Assembly: GCA_038324015.1 (NCBI GenBank)
Contig: JBBQHN010000001.1
Coordinates: forward strand, 1-59,798
DNA from: Candidatus Limnocylindria bacterium
GTDB lineage: Bacteria > Chloroflexota > Limnocylindria > P2-11E
DNA: 59,798 bases
Reading direction: 5' to 3'
The notes below the pieces were generated by a model. That model saw nothing but the letters and a program-made list of their open reading frames with translations, was not told the DNA's origin and ran no database searches. The position numbers were made by a program, and so were the translations under genes. This document shows positions 18,644-28,144 of this stretch, piece after piece; position 1 is the stretch's first letter; each line of letters opens with the position of its first letter.

Positions 18644-19992
18644 TCGTGGCGGACCGGCTTCGACCGGAGACCTTCCGGCTGCCGGTCGAGAAGATCCGGG
18701 CCGGCTACAAGAGCGACATCTACTTCGCCCGCACGAAGCTCATCCTCGAGAAGGACGGCCGCCGCGATCGCGTCACGATGCAGATCTTCCAGAAGCACCC
18801 GGCGGCCGTCATCGTCGGTACCGACCACACGCTCGCGATCCTTCACACCGGCACGGGACGGTATCGCGACCGGCAGAAGAGCGACGCGCTGTTCGCGCGC
18901 TATCTCGACGCGGAGCGGCGCTCGTACGCGCACTGGTCCGCGCTGCCCGCGAGCGGCGGTTGGGATGCGTACGCGCCGCTCGCGCGCGAGGTCTTCGAGC
19001 TGTCGCTCGAGCTCGCGTCGCTGTGGGAGCCCGGATGGCGCGACCTGGAGGTGCGCTCGTTGCACGACGGTGAGATCGCGCGGCCAGACGAGCCGGTGAT
19101 GGTCATCGACGGCGAGTACGGCTCGTTCGCGCATCTCGAGACGCTGTACCTCGGCGCGCTCGCGGAGGGCACGCGCGTCGCGACGAATACGCGCGACGTC
19201 GTCACGGCCGCGAACGGGAAGCCCGTGATCATGTTCGGCGCACGCCATCAGGCACACGAGGCGCAGGCCGGAGCGGGCTACGCGGCCTATGTCGGCGGCG
19301 CGACCGGCGTGTCGACGGACGAGCAGGGTGAGTGGTGGGGCTCGACGGGCCTCGGCACCGTTCCGCACGCGCTCATCGCCGTGTACGGCGGCGATACGAC
19401 GGTCGCCACGCTGAAGTTCGACGAGTACATCAATCGAACGAGCGAGTCGATCGGTCACCTCACCGCACCGGGTACGCCCGAAGGCCATGTGAACGTGACG
19501 AGCCTCGTCGACTTCCAGAACGACGTGGTGAACACGTCGCTCGGCGTGGCGCACGCGCTCGGGCAGCGGCTGTGGGGCGTGCGTGTCGACACGAGCGAGT
19601 CGCTGATCGATATGTCGATCGTGCGCGAGATCGAGTCGCACGACGGCGTCGCGGGCAAGGACGAGATCCGCGGGGTCACTCCCCGCCTCATCCAGATCCT
19701 CCGCCAGGCACTCGACGCCGCCGGTTACCGACACGTGCGGATCGTCGCGTCGGGCGGCTTCGACCGGAACAAGATCGCGCGCTTCGAGCAGCTCGGCGTG
19801 CCGGTCGACGTGTACGGCGTCGGATCGGCGCTCGTCCACGGCGCCGGCTTCGATCACACCGCCGATATCGTGCGCGCCGAAGGACGCCCGGTCGCGAAGG
19901 TCGGCCGCGAGCTGCGCGACAGCTCGCGCCTGCACGATGTGGATTGGAGGGCGCTCGTCGGAGAGCGTCTATGGGCACAGGCGATCTCCTGA
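18640..19992 (+). CDS. pncB: nicotinate phosphoribosyltransferase-like (type II PRTase fold)
   Basis: ...KSDIYFARTKLILE...GTVPHALIA...GVRVDTSE...IVASGGF... The start is one of GTG 18637, 18640 or 18646; 18640 gives a GTGA overlap with the SDR stop. The upstream part of track ORF 18163.. is SDR antisense-frame shadow. Confidence 0.65.
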   Translation: MIVADRLRPETFRLPVEKIRAGYKSDIYFARTKLILEKDGRRDRVTMQIFQKHPAAVIVGTDHTLAILHTGTGRYRDRQKSDALFARYLDAERRSYAHWSALPASGGWDAYAPLAREVFELSLELASLWEPGWRDLEVRSLHDGEIARPDEPVMVIDGEYGSFAHLETLYLGALAEGTRVATNTRDVVTAANGKPVIMFGARHQAHEAQAGAGYAAYVGGATGVSTDEQGEWWGSTGLGTVPHALIAVYGGDTTVATLKFDEYINRTSESIGHLTAPGTPEGHVNVTSLVDFQNDVVNTSLGVAHALGQRLWGVRVDTSESLIDMSIVREIESHDGVAGKDEIRGVTPRLIQILRQALDAAGYRHVRIVASGGFDRNKIARFEQLGVPVDVYGVGSALVHGAGFDHTADIVRAEGRPVAKVGRELRDSSRLHDVDWRALVGERLWAQAIS

Positions 19993-20714
19993 TCCTCATC
20001 GTCGGCCTGGCCTTTGCGGGCTTCGCGAAGGGCATCACCGGCATGGGGCTGCCGCTCGTGGCGACACCGATCCTCGCCGGCGTGTTCGGTCCGAAGGCCG
20101 CGGTGGTGATCGTGACCATCCCGATCTTCGCCGCGAATTCGGTGCTCCTGCTGCAGGGGTGGAAGCGGCTCGACGTCCTGCGCGGCATCGCACCGATCAT
20201 CGTCGCGAGCGCGGTCGGGACGGTGATCGGGGTCAATCTCCTCGCGCTCCTCGATCAGAAGACCTTCGCGATCCTCATCTCGATCATGGTCGTGATCTTC
20301 CTCGCGCGGGGTGATCGCCTGATCGGCAACGATCCCGGCGCGACGCGGGCACGCGTGCTCGGGCCGGCGGTCGGCTTTGTCGGCGGTGTGCTCCAGGGAA
20401 CGACTTCGATCGCGAGCCCGCTCATCGGCTCGTTCTTCCATGCGCGGAAGATGGAGCGCCACGAGTACGTCGTCGTGCTGGCTGCGATCTTCGAGCTCAA
20501 TGCGCTGATCCAGCTCGCCGGCTACTCGCTGCTGGGCCTCTACACGCCGGACATCATCGCCATCGGTCTGCTCGGACTCGTACCGACGCTGCTCGCGCTG
20601 ATGGTGGGTATCTCTTTCCGCGGACGCCTCGACCAGCAGCGGTTCCGGCAGCTCATCGTCGTGCTGCTGGTGCTGAGCGTCGCGAACCTGCTCTGGCGGA
20701 GCTTCGGCCCTTAG
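19971..20714 (+). CDS. TauE/SafE (DUF81) family anion exporter
   Basis: MGTGDLLILIVGLAFAGFAKGITGMG... with 7-8 TM helices and two internal repeats. ATG 19971 overlaps the preceding gene by 22 nt. Confidence 0.8.
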   Translation: MGTGDLLILIVGLAFAGFAKGITGMGLPLVATPILAGVFGPKAAVVIVTIPIFAANSVLLLQGWKRLDVLRGIAPIIVASAVGTVIGVNLLALLDQKTFAILISIMVVIFLARGDRLIGNDPGATRARVLGPAVGFVGGVLQGTTSIASPLIGSFFHARKMERHEYVVVLAAIFELNALIQLAGYSLLGLYTPDIIAIGLLGLVPTLLALMVGISFRGRLDQQRFRQLIVVLLVLSVANLLWRSFGP

Positions 20715-21349
20715 GGACCGGTGCGGTCGCCACCCGGGCGGCCGGTCGCGGGGGTGGGCCGCGGCGTGAGGAGCGCGCGCCCGAGCCAGAGGCCCCAGAA
20801 CGGCTGCATGAGCAGCGCGGTCTCCAGCAGGAGGATCCCGCCATCGGTCGCGTCGTTGGTCGGCCCGGTGGCGGTGGCGGGCGACGGAAGCCCGCCGGCG
20901 CCGAAGAGCACATTCGCGAAGAACCACAGCGCGCCGCTGACCGCGCCGTACACGAGCGGGCCACGCGGCAGGTCGGTCTCGAGCAGCGCGATGACCTCGG
21001 CCATGACGAGCCAGACGCCGATCGCGCCGAGCGCCGGGTAGTACGCGACCGTGTATTGCTCGAAGGAGATGTTGCCGACCGCCTTCGCGATCTCGAGGAA
21101 CGCGGCAGCGCCGAATCCGGCGAGGCCGAAGATGAAGACGGCGGCGCTGACGATGTCCGCGTGCCCGCGGCACGCGCGGTAGAAGGCCCAGGCCAGCGGG
21201 ACGAAGCTCCCTGCCCACAGCACGCCGAACGCGTTGTTCAGGAGGCCGACGACGCCGTTCGCCGCAGGGTCGCCGCCCGAGGTCATGATCTGCGCGAGCG
21301 CGCACACCGCGTTCGCGTAGGCGGAGAACGCGATCCACCGACGGCTCAC
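20711..21349 (-). CDS. hypothetical integral membrane protein
   Basis: 212 aa with 5-6 hydrophobic helices and high GC3. GTGA overlap with the upstream asparaginase-family gene. No family recognised. Confidence 0.55.
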   Translation of the reverse strand: MSRRWIAFSAYANAVCALAQIMTSGGDPAANGVVGLLNNAFGVLWAGSFVPLAWAFYRACRGHADIVSAAVFIFGLAGFGAAAFLEIAKAVGNISFEQYTVAYYPALGAIGVWLVMAEVIALLETDLPRGPLVYGAVSGALWFFANVLFGAGGLPSPATATGPTNDATDGGILLLETALLMQPFWGLWLGRALLTPRPTPATGRPGGDRTGP

Positions 21350-22272
21350 GTCGATCGCCGGCGGATGATCGTCCGTGGCTTCACCGCCGGCCGCGTCATG
21401 CCGGTCGTCTGGTAGGCGTACTGCACGTTCCGCTTCGTCGTGGCCGCGGCGTGCTCGCCGTTCGCGGCGAGGACGACGATGTTCAGGCGCAGGCCCGGGC
21501 TATCGAGCGCGTTCGCGTCCGCGATCGCATCCGCGGCGACCAGGGCAGCGGTCGCGCCACGCGCGAGCCGGTCCACAGCGGTCTTCGTCGTGACGTTGCG
21601 GAGCGCGAGCTCACCGAATCCCGTGCAGGCCGCGCCGCCGTAGCGCGAATCGGAGTAGTGGCCGGCGCCGATGACCGGTGAGTCGCCGACCCGACCCGGG
21701 TACTTGAACCCCCACCCGCTGGTCGAGACCGCAGAGGCGACGTTGCCGTTCGTGTCGATGGCAATGAAGTTCACCGTGCCACGCTCGGCCACCGTCGTCC
21801 ATACGACCGGAGCGAGCGCCAGCGCCTTCGCGATGGAAGCCGGCGTGTGCTTCGCGTCCCTGAGCGCCGCGACCCACTCCGCGCGAGCCTCGGGCGTGAG
21901 GAGCTCCGCCTCCTCGGCCCCGATCTCGCGCGCGAAGCGCGCGGCGCCGGCACCGACGAGCATCACGTGCGGGAGCTGCTCCATCACCGCGCGCGCGACG
22001 GTGATCGGATGGAGGAACCCGCTGAGCGCGGCGACGGATCCGGCCTGGTGGGTGGTGCCGTCGACGATGGATGCATCGAGCTCAACATCGCCGAGCACGT
22101 TGGGCAGACCGCCAAGGCCGACGGTGTTGTCGGCCGGATCGGCCTCGACGATCCGCGCGCAGGCCTCGACCGCGTCGAGCGCGCTGCCGCCCCTCTTGAG
22201 GATCCCGATCCCGGTCGGGAGCGCGCCGCGCCCGTTTCCGCTCGAGATGATCGTCGGCGTCACCCGGGGCAT
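21346..22272 (-). CDS. Ntn-hydrolase, asparaginase-2 / glycosylasparaginase family
   Basis: ...GTVNFIAIDTNGNVASAVSTSGWGFKYPGRVGDSPVIGAGHY... (autoproteolytic Thr in GT|V context). ATG 22272 preferred; track ATG 22317 would overlap the divergent gene start. Confidence 0.8.
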   Translation of the reverse strand: MPRVTPTIISSGNGRGALPTGIGILKRGGSALDAVEACARIVEADPADNTVGLGGLPNVLGDVELDASIVDGTTHQAGSVAALSGFLHPITVARAVMEQLPHVMLVGAGAARFAREIGAEEAELLTPEARAEWVAALRDAKHTPASIAKALALAPVVWTTVAERGTVNFIAIDTNGNVASAVSTSGWGFKYPGRVGDSPVIGAGHYSDSRYGGAACTGFGELALRNVTTKTAVDRLARGATAALVAADAIADANALDSPGLRLNIVVLAANGEHAAATTKRNVQYAYQTTGMTRPAVKPRTIIRRRST

Positions 22273-22307
22273 GGCCGTACCGTAGGGCTTCGACCGATAA
22301 TCGTGCA

Positions 22308-23351
22308 GTGCCGCCAACTGAGGGTCTCCTCGTCATGGCCGATATCTCGGGGTACACCGCGTTCGTCTCCGGTACGGAGCACGAGCACTCCGGCGAGATC
22401 CTGGCCGAGCTCATCGAGAACATCGCGAAGAGCTTCGGCGGAAAGCTCAGCGTCGATCAGGTCGAGGGCGATGCGCTCTGTTGCACGACGGAGCGGACCG
22501 GTGTCGAGGTCACGGACTGGCTCCGCGAGACGTTCGCGACGTTCCACCGCAGGCTGCGCGACATGCGCGCCGCGACGTCGTGTCCCTGTCAGGCGTGTCA
22601 GATGATCGGCGGCCTCGGACTCAAGTTCATCGTCCATCGCGGGACGTATTCGCGGCAGACCGTAGCCGGTGTGGTCCAGCTGCACGGCACCGACGTGAAC
22701 CTCGTGCACCGGCTGCTGAAGAACTCGGTGCCGCTGCGCGAGTACGTGCTCGTGACGGACGCAGCATCGGCCTCGTGGCCAGCGAGCGCGCGCGACGGAT
22801 ACATCGCGGCGCCGCAGCAGTACGACCAGGGGTGCGTGCCCGCCGGCTATCTCGATCTGGCGCCGGTGCGCGAGGACGCGCTGCGCGAGGACCGCCTGCA
22901 CGTGACCGTCGCCGAGGCGAAGATGCGCCGGTCGCGCCGGTACGACGCGGCGCCAGAGGCGGTGTGGCAGCTGATGACCGATCCGGTCGCGCGGCGACGG
23001 ATCATGCAGGTCCCGAAGATCAGCTTCGAGGAGGGCGCGCGCGGCTCGCTCGTCGGTGCCCAGTACCACTGCGAGCACGGCGGTGACCGTTCGACCGTCT
23101 TCCGCGTCCTCACCGCCGAGAAGCCATCCGAGCTGACGCTCACCTTCGGTTTCCCGTTCGTCGGCCGGATGTACCGGACCGACCGCGTGGTGCACGAGGG
23201 CGCCGGCACACGAGTGGACAGCGCGATCTACTGGGACGAGCCGAAGGGCCTGGGCGGGAAGGTCCGCAGCATCGCCGCGTCGCAGATGGCGAAGAAGTTC
23301 TTCGGCGCGTACGACGACCGGATGGCCGCGATGCTGAGAGAGCCGACCTAG
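22308..23351 (+). CDS. DUF2652 (nucleotide-cyclase-like) domain fused to SRPBCC/START-like domain
   Basis: The N-terminal LLVMADISGYTAFV...VEGDALCC...SCPCQACQ...KFIVHRG matches DUF2652 as I recall it. The C-terminal 140 aa (...AAPEAVWQLMTDP...) looks like a polyketide-cyclase/SRPBCC ligand-binding fold. Confidence 0.6.
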   Translation: MPPTEGLLVMADISGYTAFVSGTEHEHSGEILAELIENIAKSFGGKLSVDQVEGDALCCTTERTGVEVTDWLRETFATFHRRLRDMRAATSCPCQACQMIGGLGLKFIVHRGTYSRQTVAGVVQLHGTDVNLVHRLLKNSVPLREYVLVTDAASASWPASARDGYIAAPQQYDQGCVPAGYLDLAPVREDALREDRLHVTVAEAKMRRSRRYDAAPEAVWQLMTDPVARRRIMQVPKISFEEGARGSLVGAQYHCEHGGDRSTVFRVLTAEKPSELTLTFGFPFVGRMYRTDRVVHEGAGTRVDSAIYWDEPKGLGGKVRSIAASQMAKKFFGAYDDRMAAMLREPT

Positions 23352-25243
23352 CCCGCGAGCATGCGCCGCGCATTCCGGCGCGCGAGGGCCATGACCGTGA
23401 GCATCGGATTCACCCCTGACGCGTTCGGGAACGCGCTCGCGTCCGCCACGTGCAGACCGCGCACCCCACGCACGGCGCCGTCGGGATCCGCGACGGACTC
23501 CCGCGTGCCCCCCATCCCCGCTGTACCCATCTGGTGCGCGCTGAACATCCCCACCGTGTTCGCGGCCACGCCACGTCGTTCCACCGCCGCCGCGAAGGCC
23601 GCGACGTCGCCCCCGGGCTCGAGCAGGAGCGGCCGGGTGTGGAGCGTCTGCACCTCGCGCGCACCGGCCGCAAGGTGCACCTTCGCCGTCTCGACGATCG
23701 CTCGCACGCACATCGCACGATCGACACCGCTGACCTGGTACGACACGAGCGCCGCGCCGTCCCGATCGACGTGCACGCGACCGGGCTCGCGATCGCGCAC
23801 GATCGGAATGAACGCAGCGAACCGGTCGATCGAGCGCATCGTTGCGCGATGCTGCTCGGCGGTACGCCAGACGACGCCGGCGGCCGCAACGCCGGGCAGG
23901 ACCGGTGGCACCTCGAGCCGGAAGCCGTAGGCGCCATCGAGACGCGCGAACGCGTCGGACACCACGCTTTGGGGCACGCCGGACCACATCCGGATCGGGT
24001 CCGCGTACAGCGCGAAGACCGCCGGCACCGGGTGCAGAAAGAGGCGCCGGCCGGCGAGCGGGCCGCCGAGCCCGGACCGGAGGAGCAGCGCCGGCGTGCC
24101 GATCGCCCCGCCGGCGAGCACGACGAGCGGTGCGCGCACCGTGATCGCGCGCCCGCCGGCGAGCGCCGTCACACCGCTGACCGTACCGTTCGCCGTCGTG
24201 ATCGTCCGCGCGTCGCAGTCGGTGACGACCCGCGCGCCCTGCGCGACCGCATCCGGGAGGACGGTCCGCGCGGTCGAGCGCTTCGCGCCGGCGCGGCAGC
24301 CGTAGCCGCAATGCCCGCAGTCGCCGCAGCCGCGAGCGTTGCGCGGAATGACCGACCAGGTCTTGCCGAGCGCATCGAGCCCACGCGCGAGCGCGCTGTT
24401 CTGCGCGTTGCGCAGGCTCTCAGCGGTGTTGACGTCGCTCCGCTGCGCGACGGCGTCGTAGTGCCCATCGAGCTCGCTTCCCATGCCGTCCGCTCCGAGG
24501 GCTTCCCACTCCTCACGAACGTCGTCGGGGATCCGCAGCGACGTCATCCAGTTGACGACGGTGCCACCCCCGAGGGCGCTTCCGGCGAAGAGGACGACCC
24601 CCAGGTCCTCGGTCGCAGCGAGGCCGCGATCCCAGAAGAGCCGTGCGGTGCCCTCGGCCTCGCGCGGGACGAGGTCGGCCTCGGTCCACGCCGGTCCGCG
24701 CTCGAGGACGATGACCGAGCGGCCGGCCGTCGCCGCCTCGAATGCGGCGACCGCGCCACCTGCGCCCGAGCCGACGACGCACACATCGCACTCCAGCGTG
24801 TCCTGGTCGCGCACCACGAGCGACCGGATCGCGAGCGGCACGACTGGCAGTGGGAGCGGATCGGGCGTGACGTACCCGGTCTCGGGAAGCAGCGCCGTCG
24901 CACCTGCGTCGGGGTGCGAGTACGCGATATAGAGCGCGAGACGCTTGACCGCCTGGAACCCGCTGCGAAGCAGCGGGATGCGCGAGTCGGCCCACCGGCG
25001 GAGGTACGTCTCACGCGCGGGCCGGTCGAGGTCGCTGAAGCGGACCGGCCGGCCGACGAGGGCGAGGTTCGCGAGGCGCGAGTCGATCAGCGTCAGGAAG
25101 AGCCGCAGGTCGGCGAGGAGCTTCGGCCGTCCGATGGCCGCGAGCTCGGCAAGGATCTCGTCGGCGATGACGCCCGGGCTGCCTTCGGGCACGAAGGTGC
25201 CGCAGACCGTCACGAGGGTCGCGCGCTCGCGGTAGGTGATCAC
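23348..25243 (-). CDS. GMC-family FAD oxidoreductase (long-chain alcohol oxidase-like)
   Basis: DVCVVGSGAGGAVAAFEAATAGRSVIVLERG (FAD GxGxxG) and a C-terminal ...HQMGTAGMG...V.DAS.FP... GMC motif. The roughly 150 aa N-terminal extension is as in fatty alcohol oxidases. GTGA overlap with the fadD stop. Confidence 0.8.
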   Translation of the reverse strand: MITYRERATLVTVCGTFVPEGSPGVIADEILAELAAIGRPKLLADLRLFLTLIDSRLANLALVGRPVRFSDLDRPARETYLRRWADSRIPLLRSGFQAVKRLALYIAYSHPDAGATALLPETGYVTPDPLPLPVVPLAIRSLVVRDQDTLECDVCVVGSGAGGAVAAFEAATAGRSVIVLERGPAWTEADLVPREAEGTARLFWDRGLAATEDLGVVLFAGSALGGGTVVNWMTSLRIPDDVREEWEALGADGMGSELDGHYDAVAQRSDVNTAESLRNAQNSALARGLDALGKTWSVIPRNARGCGDCGHCGYGCRAGAKRSTARTVLPDAVAQGARVVTDCDARTITTANGTVSGVTALAGGRAITVRAPLVVLAGGAIGTPALLLRSGLGGPLAGRRLFLHPVPAVFALYADPIRMWSGVPQSVVSDAFARLDGAYGFRLEVPPVLPGVAAAGVVWRTAEQHRATMRSIDRFAAFIPIVRDREPGRVHVDRDGAALVSYQVSGVDRAMCVRAIVETAKVHLAAGAREVQTLHTRPLLLEPGGDVAAFAAAVERRGVAANTVGMFSAHQMGTAGMGGTRESVADPDGAVRGVRGLHVADASAFPNASGVNPMLTVMALARRNARRMLAG

Positions 25244-26967
25244 GCCGGGGTCGAGCGCTTCTTTTTGTCCTCCTCGGCGAGCTGCCGCCTGAGGACCTTG
25301 CCGATGAGCGTCTTGGGCAGTGTGTCGCGGAACTCGACGGCCCGCGGGACCTTGAATGGCGCGAGCTGATCGCGGCAGAAGTTCATGAGCTCCTCGGCGG
25401 TCGCGGCCTGCCCCGGCTTGAGCACGACGAATGCCTTGACCTCTTCACCCTTGATCGCGTGCGGCACGCCGATGGCCGCCGCTTCGAGCACGGCGGGGTG
25501 CTTCGCGAGTGCCTCTTCGACCTCGCGCGGATACACGTTGAAGCCGGAGACGATGATCATCTCCTTCTTGCGGTCGACGATCGCGACATAGCCATCGTCG
25601 TCGATCGTCGCGATATCGCCGGTGTGGAGCCACCCGTCCTTGAGGGTGACCGCGGTCTCCTCCGGCCGGTCGTAGTAGCCGTCCATCAGCTGCGGGCCGC
25701 GGATGAGGAGCTCCCCTGCCTCGCCGGGCGCAACGTCCTTCTCGCCGGTCTCGATGTCGACGAGCCTGGTCTCGGTGTCCGGGAACGTGAGCCCGATGGT
25801 CCCGAAGCGGTTCTTCGTGGCATCGAACACCGGATTGCAGTGCGTGACCGGGGAGGCCTCGGTCAGGCCATAGCCTTCGACGAGGTTCGCGCCCGTCAGC
25901 TCGCGGAACTTCCGCGAAGTCTCCATGAGCAGCGGCGCCGAGCCCGAGATGCAGGCGATGATCGAGCGCAGGTCGTACTTGATCGCCAGCGGCGAGTTGT
26001 TGATCGCGTTGTAAATGCGGGGAGCGCCGTGAAAGAGCTTCGGCTTGTGACGCTGGATGTCCTTGAACACGTGCTCGAGATCGAGCTGCGGCTCCAAGAT
26101 GATCGCGCCCCCCGTCAGCACGGCGAAGTTCATGACCGTCGTGAGGCCATACACGTGGAAGAGCGGCATGACGCCCATGACGGAGTCCCTGCCGGGCCGC
26201 ATCGCCTGACCGAACCAGGCTGCGCACTGCAGCGCGTTCGCGACGAGGGCGCGGTGCGAAAGCATCGCGCCCTTGGACGTGCCGGTCGTGCCGCCGGTGT
26301 ACTGGAGGACGGCGACCGCATCGGCGCCGACGCTCGCCGCGGAATCATCGCCGCCCCGCGACAGCACCTTCTGGAACGCGATCGCGCCCGGGTCACCGTC
26401 GAACCGGACACGATGACCGTCCTTCTTCTCTTTGGCGAGCGTGAAGAGCGTCCGCAGGACCGGCGGCATCTCCTCCTTGATGCTCGTCACGATGACGTTG
26501 CGGATCTTCGTGCCCTCTCGGGCGGCCTTCACGACCGGGTAGCCCTTCGAGAGGACCACGATCGTCTCCGCGCCTGAATCAGCGAGCTGGTGCCGTAGCT
26601 CGGGGGGCGTATACAGCGGATTGCACGGCACGACGATCGCGCCGATGCGCAGCGCGCCAAAGAACGCGATGAGGAACTGCGGGGTGTTCGGCAGATCGAT
26701 CGCGACCCGGTCGCCCTGCTTCACGCCGAGGGAGCGCAATCCCGCCGAGAAGCGTTTCGCGTCCTTGAGCAGCGTCGAATACGACTTCTTCGCGTTGAAG
26801 AAGATCGTCGCCGTCGAGGCGGGGTACAGCTCGGCCGCCTGATCGAGGAACGCGTGGAGCGGCACCCGTGGATACTCGAGCGAGGCCGGCACGTCCTTGT
26901 CGTAGTTCCTCGCGTGCTTCGGCGACAGGGTCCCTGTGCGTGGCGTGACCGCGATCCGCTGCGCCAT
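25240..26967 (-). CDS. fadD: long-chain-fatty-acid--CoA ligase (AMP-binding family)
   Basis: LQYTGGTTGTSKGAMLSH (AMP-binding P-loop), ...GYGLTE..., ...TGDIA...DRKKEMII. Confidence 0.9.
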   Translation of the reverse strand: MAQRIAVTPRTGTLSPKHARNYDKDVPASLEYPRVPLHAFLDQAAELYPASTATIFFNAKKSYSTLLKDAKRFSAGLRSLGVKQGDRVAIDLPNTPQFLIAFFGALRIGAIVVPCNPLYTPPELRHQLADSGAETIVVLSKGYPVVKAAREGTKIRNVIVTSIKEEMPPVLRTLFTLAKEKKDGHRVRFDGDPGAIAFQKVLSRGGDDSAASVGADAVAVLQYTGGTTGTSKGAMLSHRALVANALQCAAWFGQAMRPGRDSVMGVMPLFHVYGLTTVMNFAVLTGGAIILEPQLDLEHVFKDIQRHKPKLFHGAPRIYNAINNSPLAIKYDLRSIIACISGSAPLLMETSRKFRELTGANLVEGYGLTEASPVTHCNPVFDATKNRFGTIGLTFPDTETRLVDIETGEKDVAPGEAGELLIRGPQLMDGYYDRPEETAVTLKDGWLHTGDIATIDDDGYVAIVDRKKEMIIVSGFNVYPREVEEALAKHPAVLEAAAIGVPHAIKGEEVKAFVVLKPGQAATAEELMNFCRDQLAPFKVPRAVEFRDTLPKTLIGKVLRRQLAEEDKKKRSTPA

Positions 26968-26986
26968 TCCCGACCTCCCCCGCTGG

Positions 26987-28135
26987 CTACGCTTTGAGCA
27001 ATTCCTCCGCGATGATCATCCGCTGGACCTCGCTCGTGCCTTCGTAGATGCGAAGGATCCGGGCGTCCCGGTACGCCCGTTCGACCGGGGAACCCTTCAT
27101 GTAGCCCATTCCGCCGAAGATCTGGAGCACGCGGTCGACGACCCGCCCCGCCAGCTCCGAGGCGTAGACCTTCACCATCGCGGCCTCCGTCGAGGCGCGC
27201 TTGCCGGCGTCGAGCTTCATCGCTGCGTCGTAGACCATGAGCCGCGCGGCGTGGATCTCCACCGCGGAGTCCGCGATCATCCACTGGATCGCCTGATTCA
27301 CCGCGATCGGCTTCCCGAACTGGACCCGGCGCTTGGCGTGCGCGATCGCGAGCTCAAGGAGGTATTGGCTCGAGCCGACGGCACCCGCCGAGAGCGAGAC
27401 CCGGCCGATATCCAGCGCGCCGAGCGCCGTCTTGAACCCGGTGCCCGGCAGGCCACCGAGCACATTCTCCTCGGGGACCAGGCAGTCCTCGAACACGAGC
27501 TCGCCGGTGTAGCTGCCGTGAAGGCCCATCTTCTCGTCGACGCGGCCCACGCGGAATCCGCTGAAGCCCTTCTCGACGATGAACGCGGTGATCCCCCCGC
27601 GCGCCCCGAGCGCCCGGTCGTTCGCCGCGTACACGACGACGACGTCCGCGATCGGTCCGTTGGTCACCCAGATCTTCGTGCCGTTCAAGATCCAGCGGTC
27701 GCCCTTCTTCACGGCGCTCGTTTGGATCGACGCCGCGTCCGAGCCGCTCGAGGGCTCGGTGAGCGAGAACGCCGCGATCTTGCGGCCGGCCGTGAGGTCC
27801 GGCAGGTAGCGCTGCTTCTGGTCCTCGGTGCCGCCCAAATAGATCGACATCGAGCCGATCGAGGTGTGCGCGCCGATGAGGTTCGAGAACGCAGCGCTCG
27901 TCCGGCCGAACTCCTCGAGAGCCAGGCAGTAGCCGAGGTCGCCGGCTCCGACGCCGCCGTACTGCTCGGGGAACGGCAGGCCGAAGAAGCCGAGTGCGCC
28001 CATCTCTTTCATGACGGCGTCCGGGATCTTGTCCTCGCGCTCGACCTGCTCCTCGATCGGCTGAAGCCGGCCTTCGACGAACTCGCGGACGGTGCGCTTG
28101 AGGAGGAGGAGCTCTTCCGGCACGTCGGCGTTCAC
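26987..28135 (-). CDS. acyl-CoA dehydrogenase
   Basis: 382 aa with ...AFSLTEPSSGSDA..., ...QIFGGMGY..., ...RILRIYEGTSEVQ... ACAD signatures. Confidence 0.9.
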   Translation of the reverse strand: MNADVPEELLLLKRTVREFVEGRLQPIEEQVEREDKIPDAVMKEMGALGFFGLPFPEQYGGVGAGDLGYCLALEEFGRTSAAFSNLIGAHTSIGSMSIYLGGTEDQKQRYLPDLTAGRKIAAFSLTEPSSGSDAASIQTSAVKKGDRWILNGTKIWVTNGPIADVVVVYAANDRALGARGGITAFIVEKGFSGFRVGRVDEKMGLHGSYTGELVFEDCLVPEENVLGGLPGTGFKTALGALDIGRVSLSAGAVGSSQYLLELAIAHAKRRVQFGKPIAVNQAIQWMIADSAVEIHAARLMVYDAAMKLDAGKRASTEAAMVKVYASELAGRVVDRVLQIFGGMGYMKGSPVERAYRDARILRIYEGTSEVQRMIIAEELLKA

Positions 28136-28144
28136 GCGGGCAGC

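Noticed and set aside
22260-24311. 683-aa minus-strand ORF spanning the DUF2652 gene and part of the GMC oxidase gene
   Set aside because: It is extremely Arg/Ala/Gly/Pro-rich with no recognisable motifs. It lies antisense or out of frame to two genes that have clear family signatures. This is a typical stop-poor shadow ORF of high-GC DNA.
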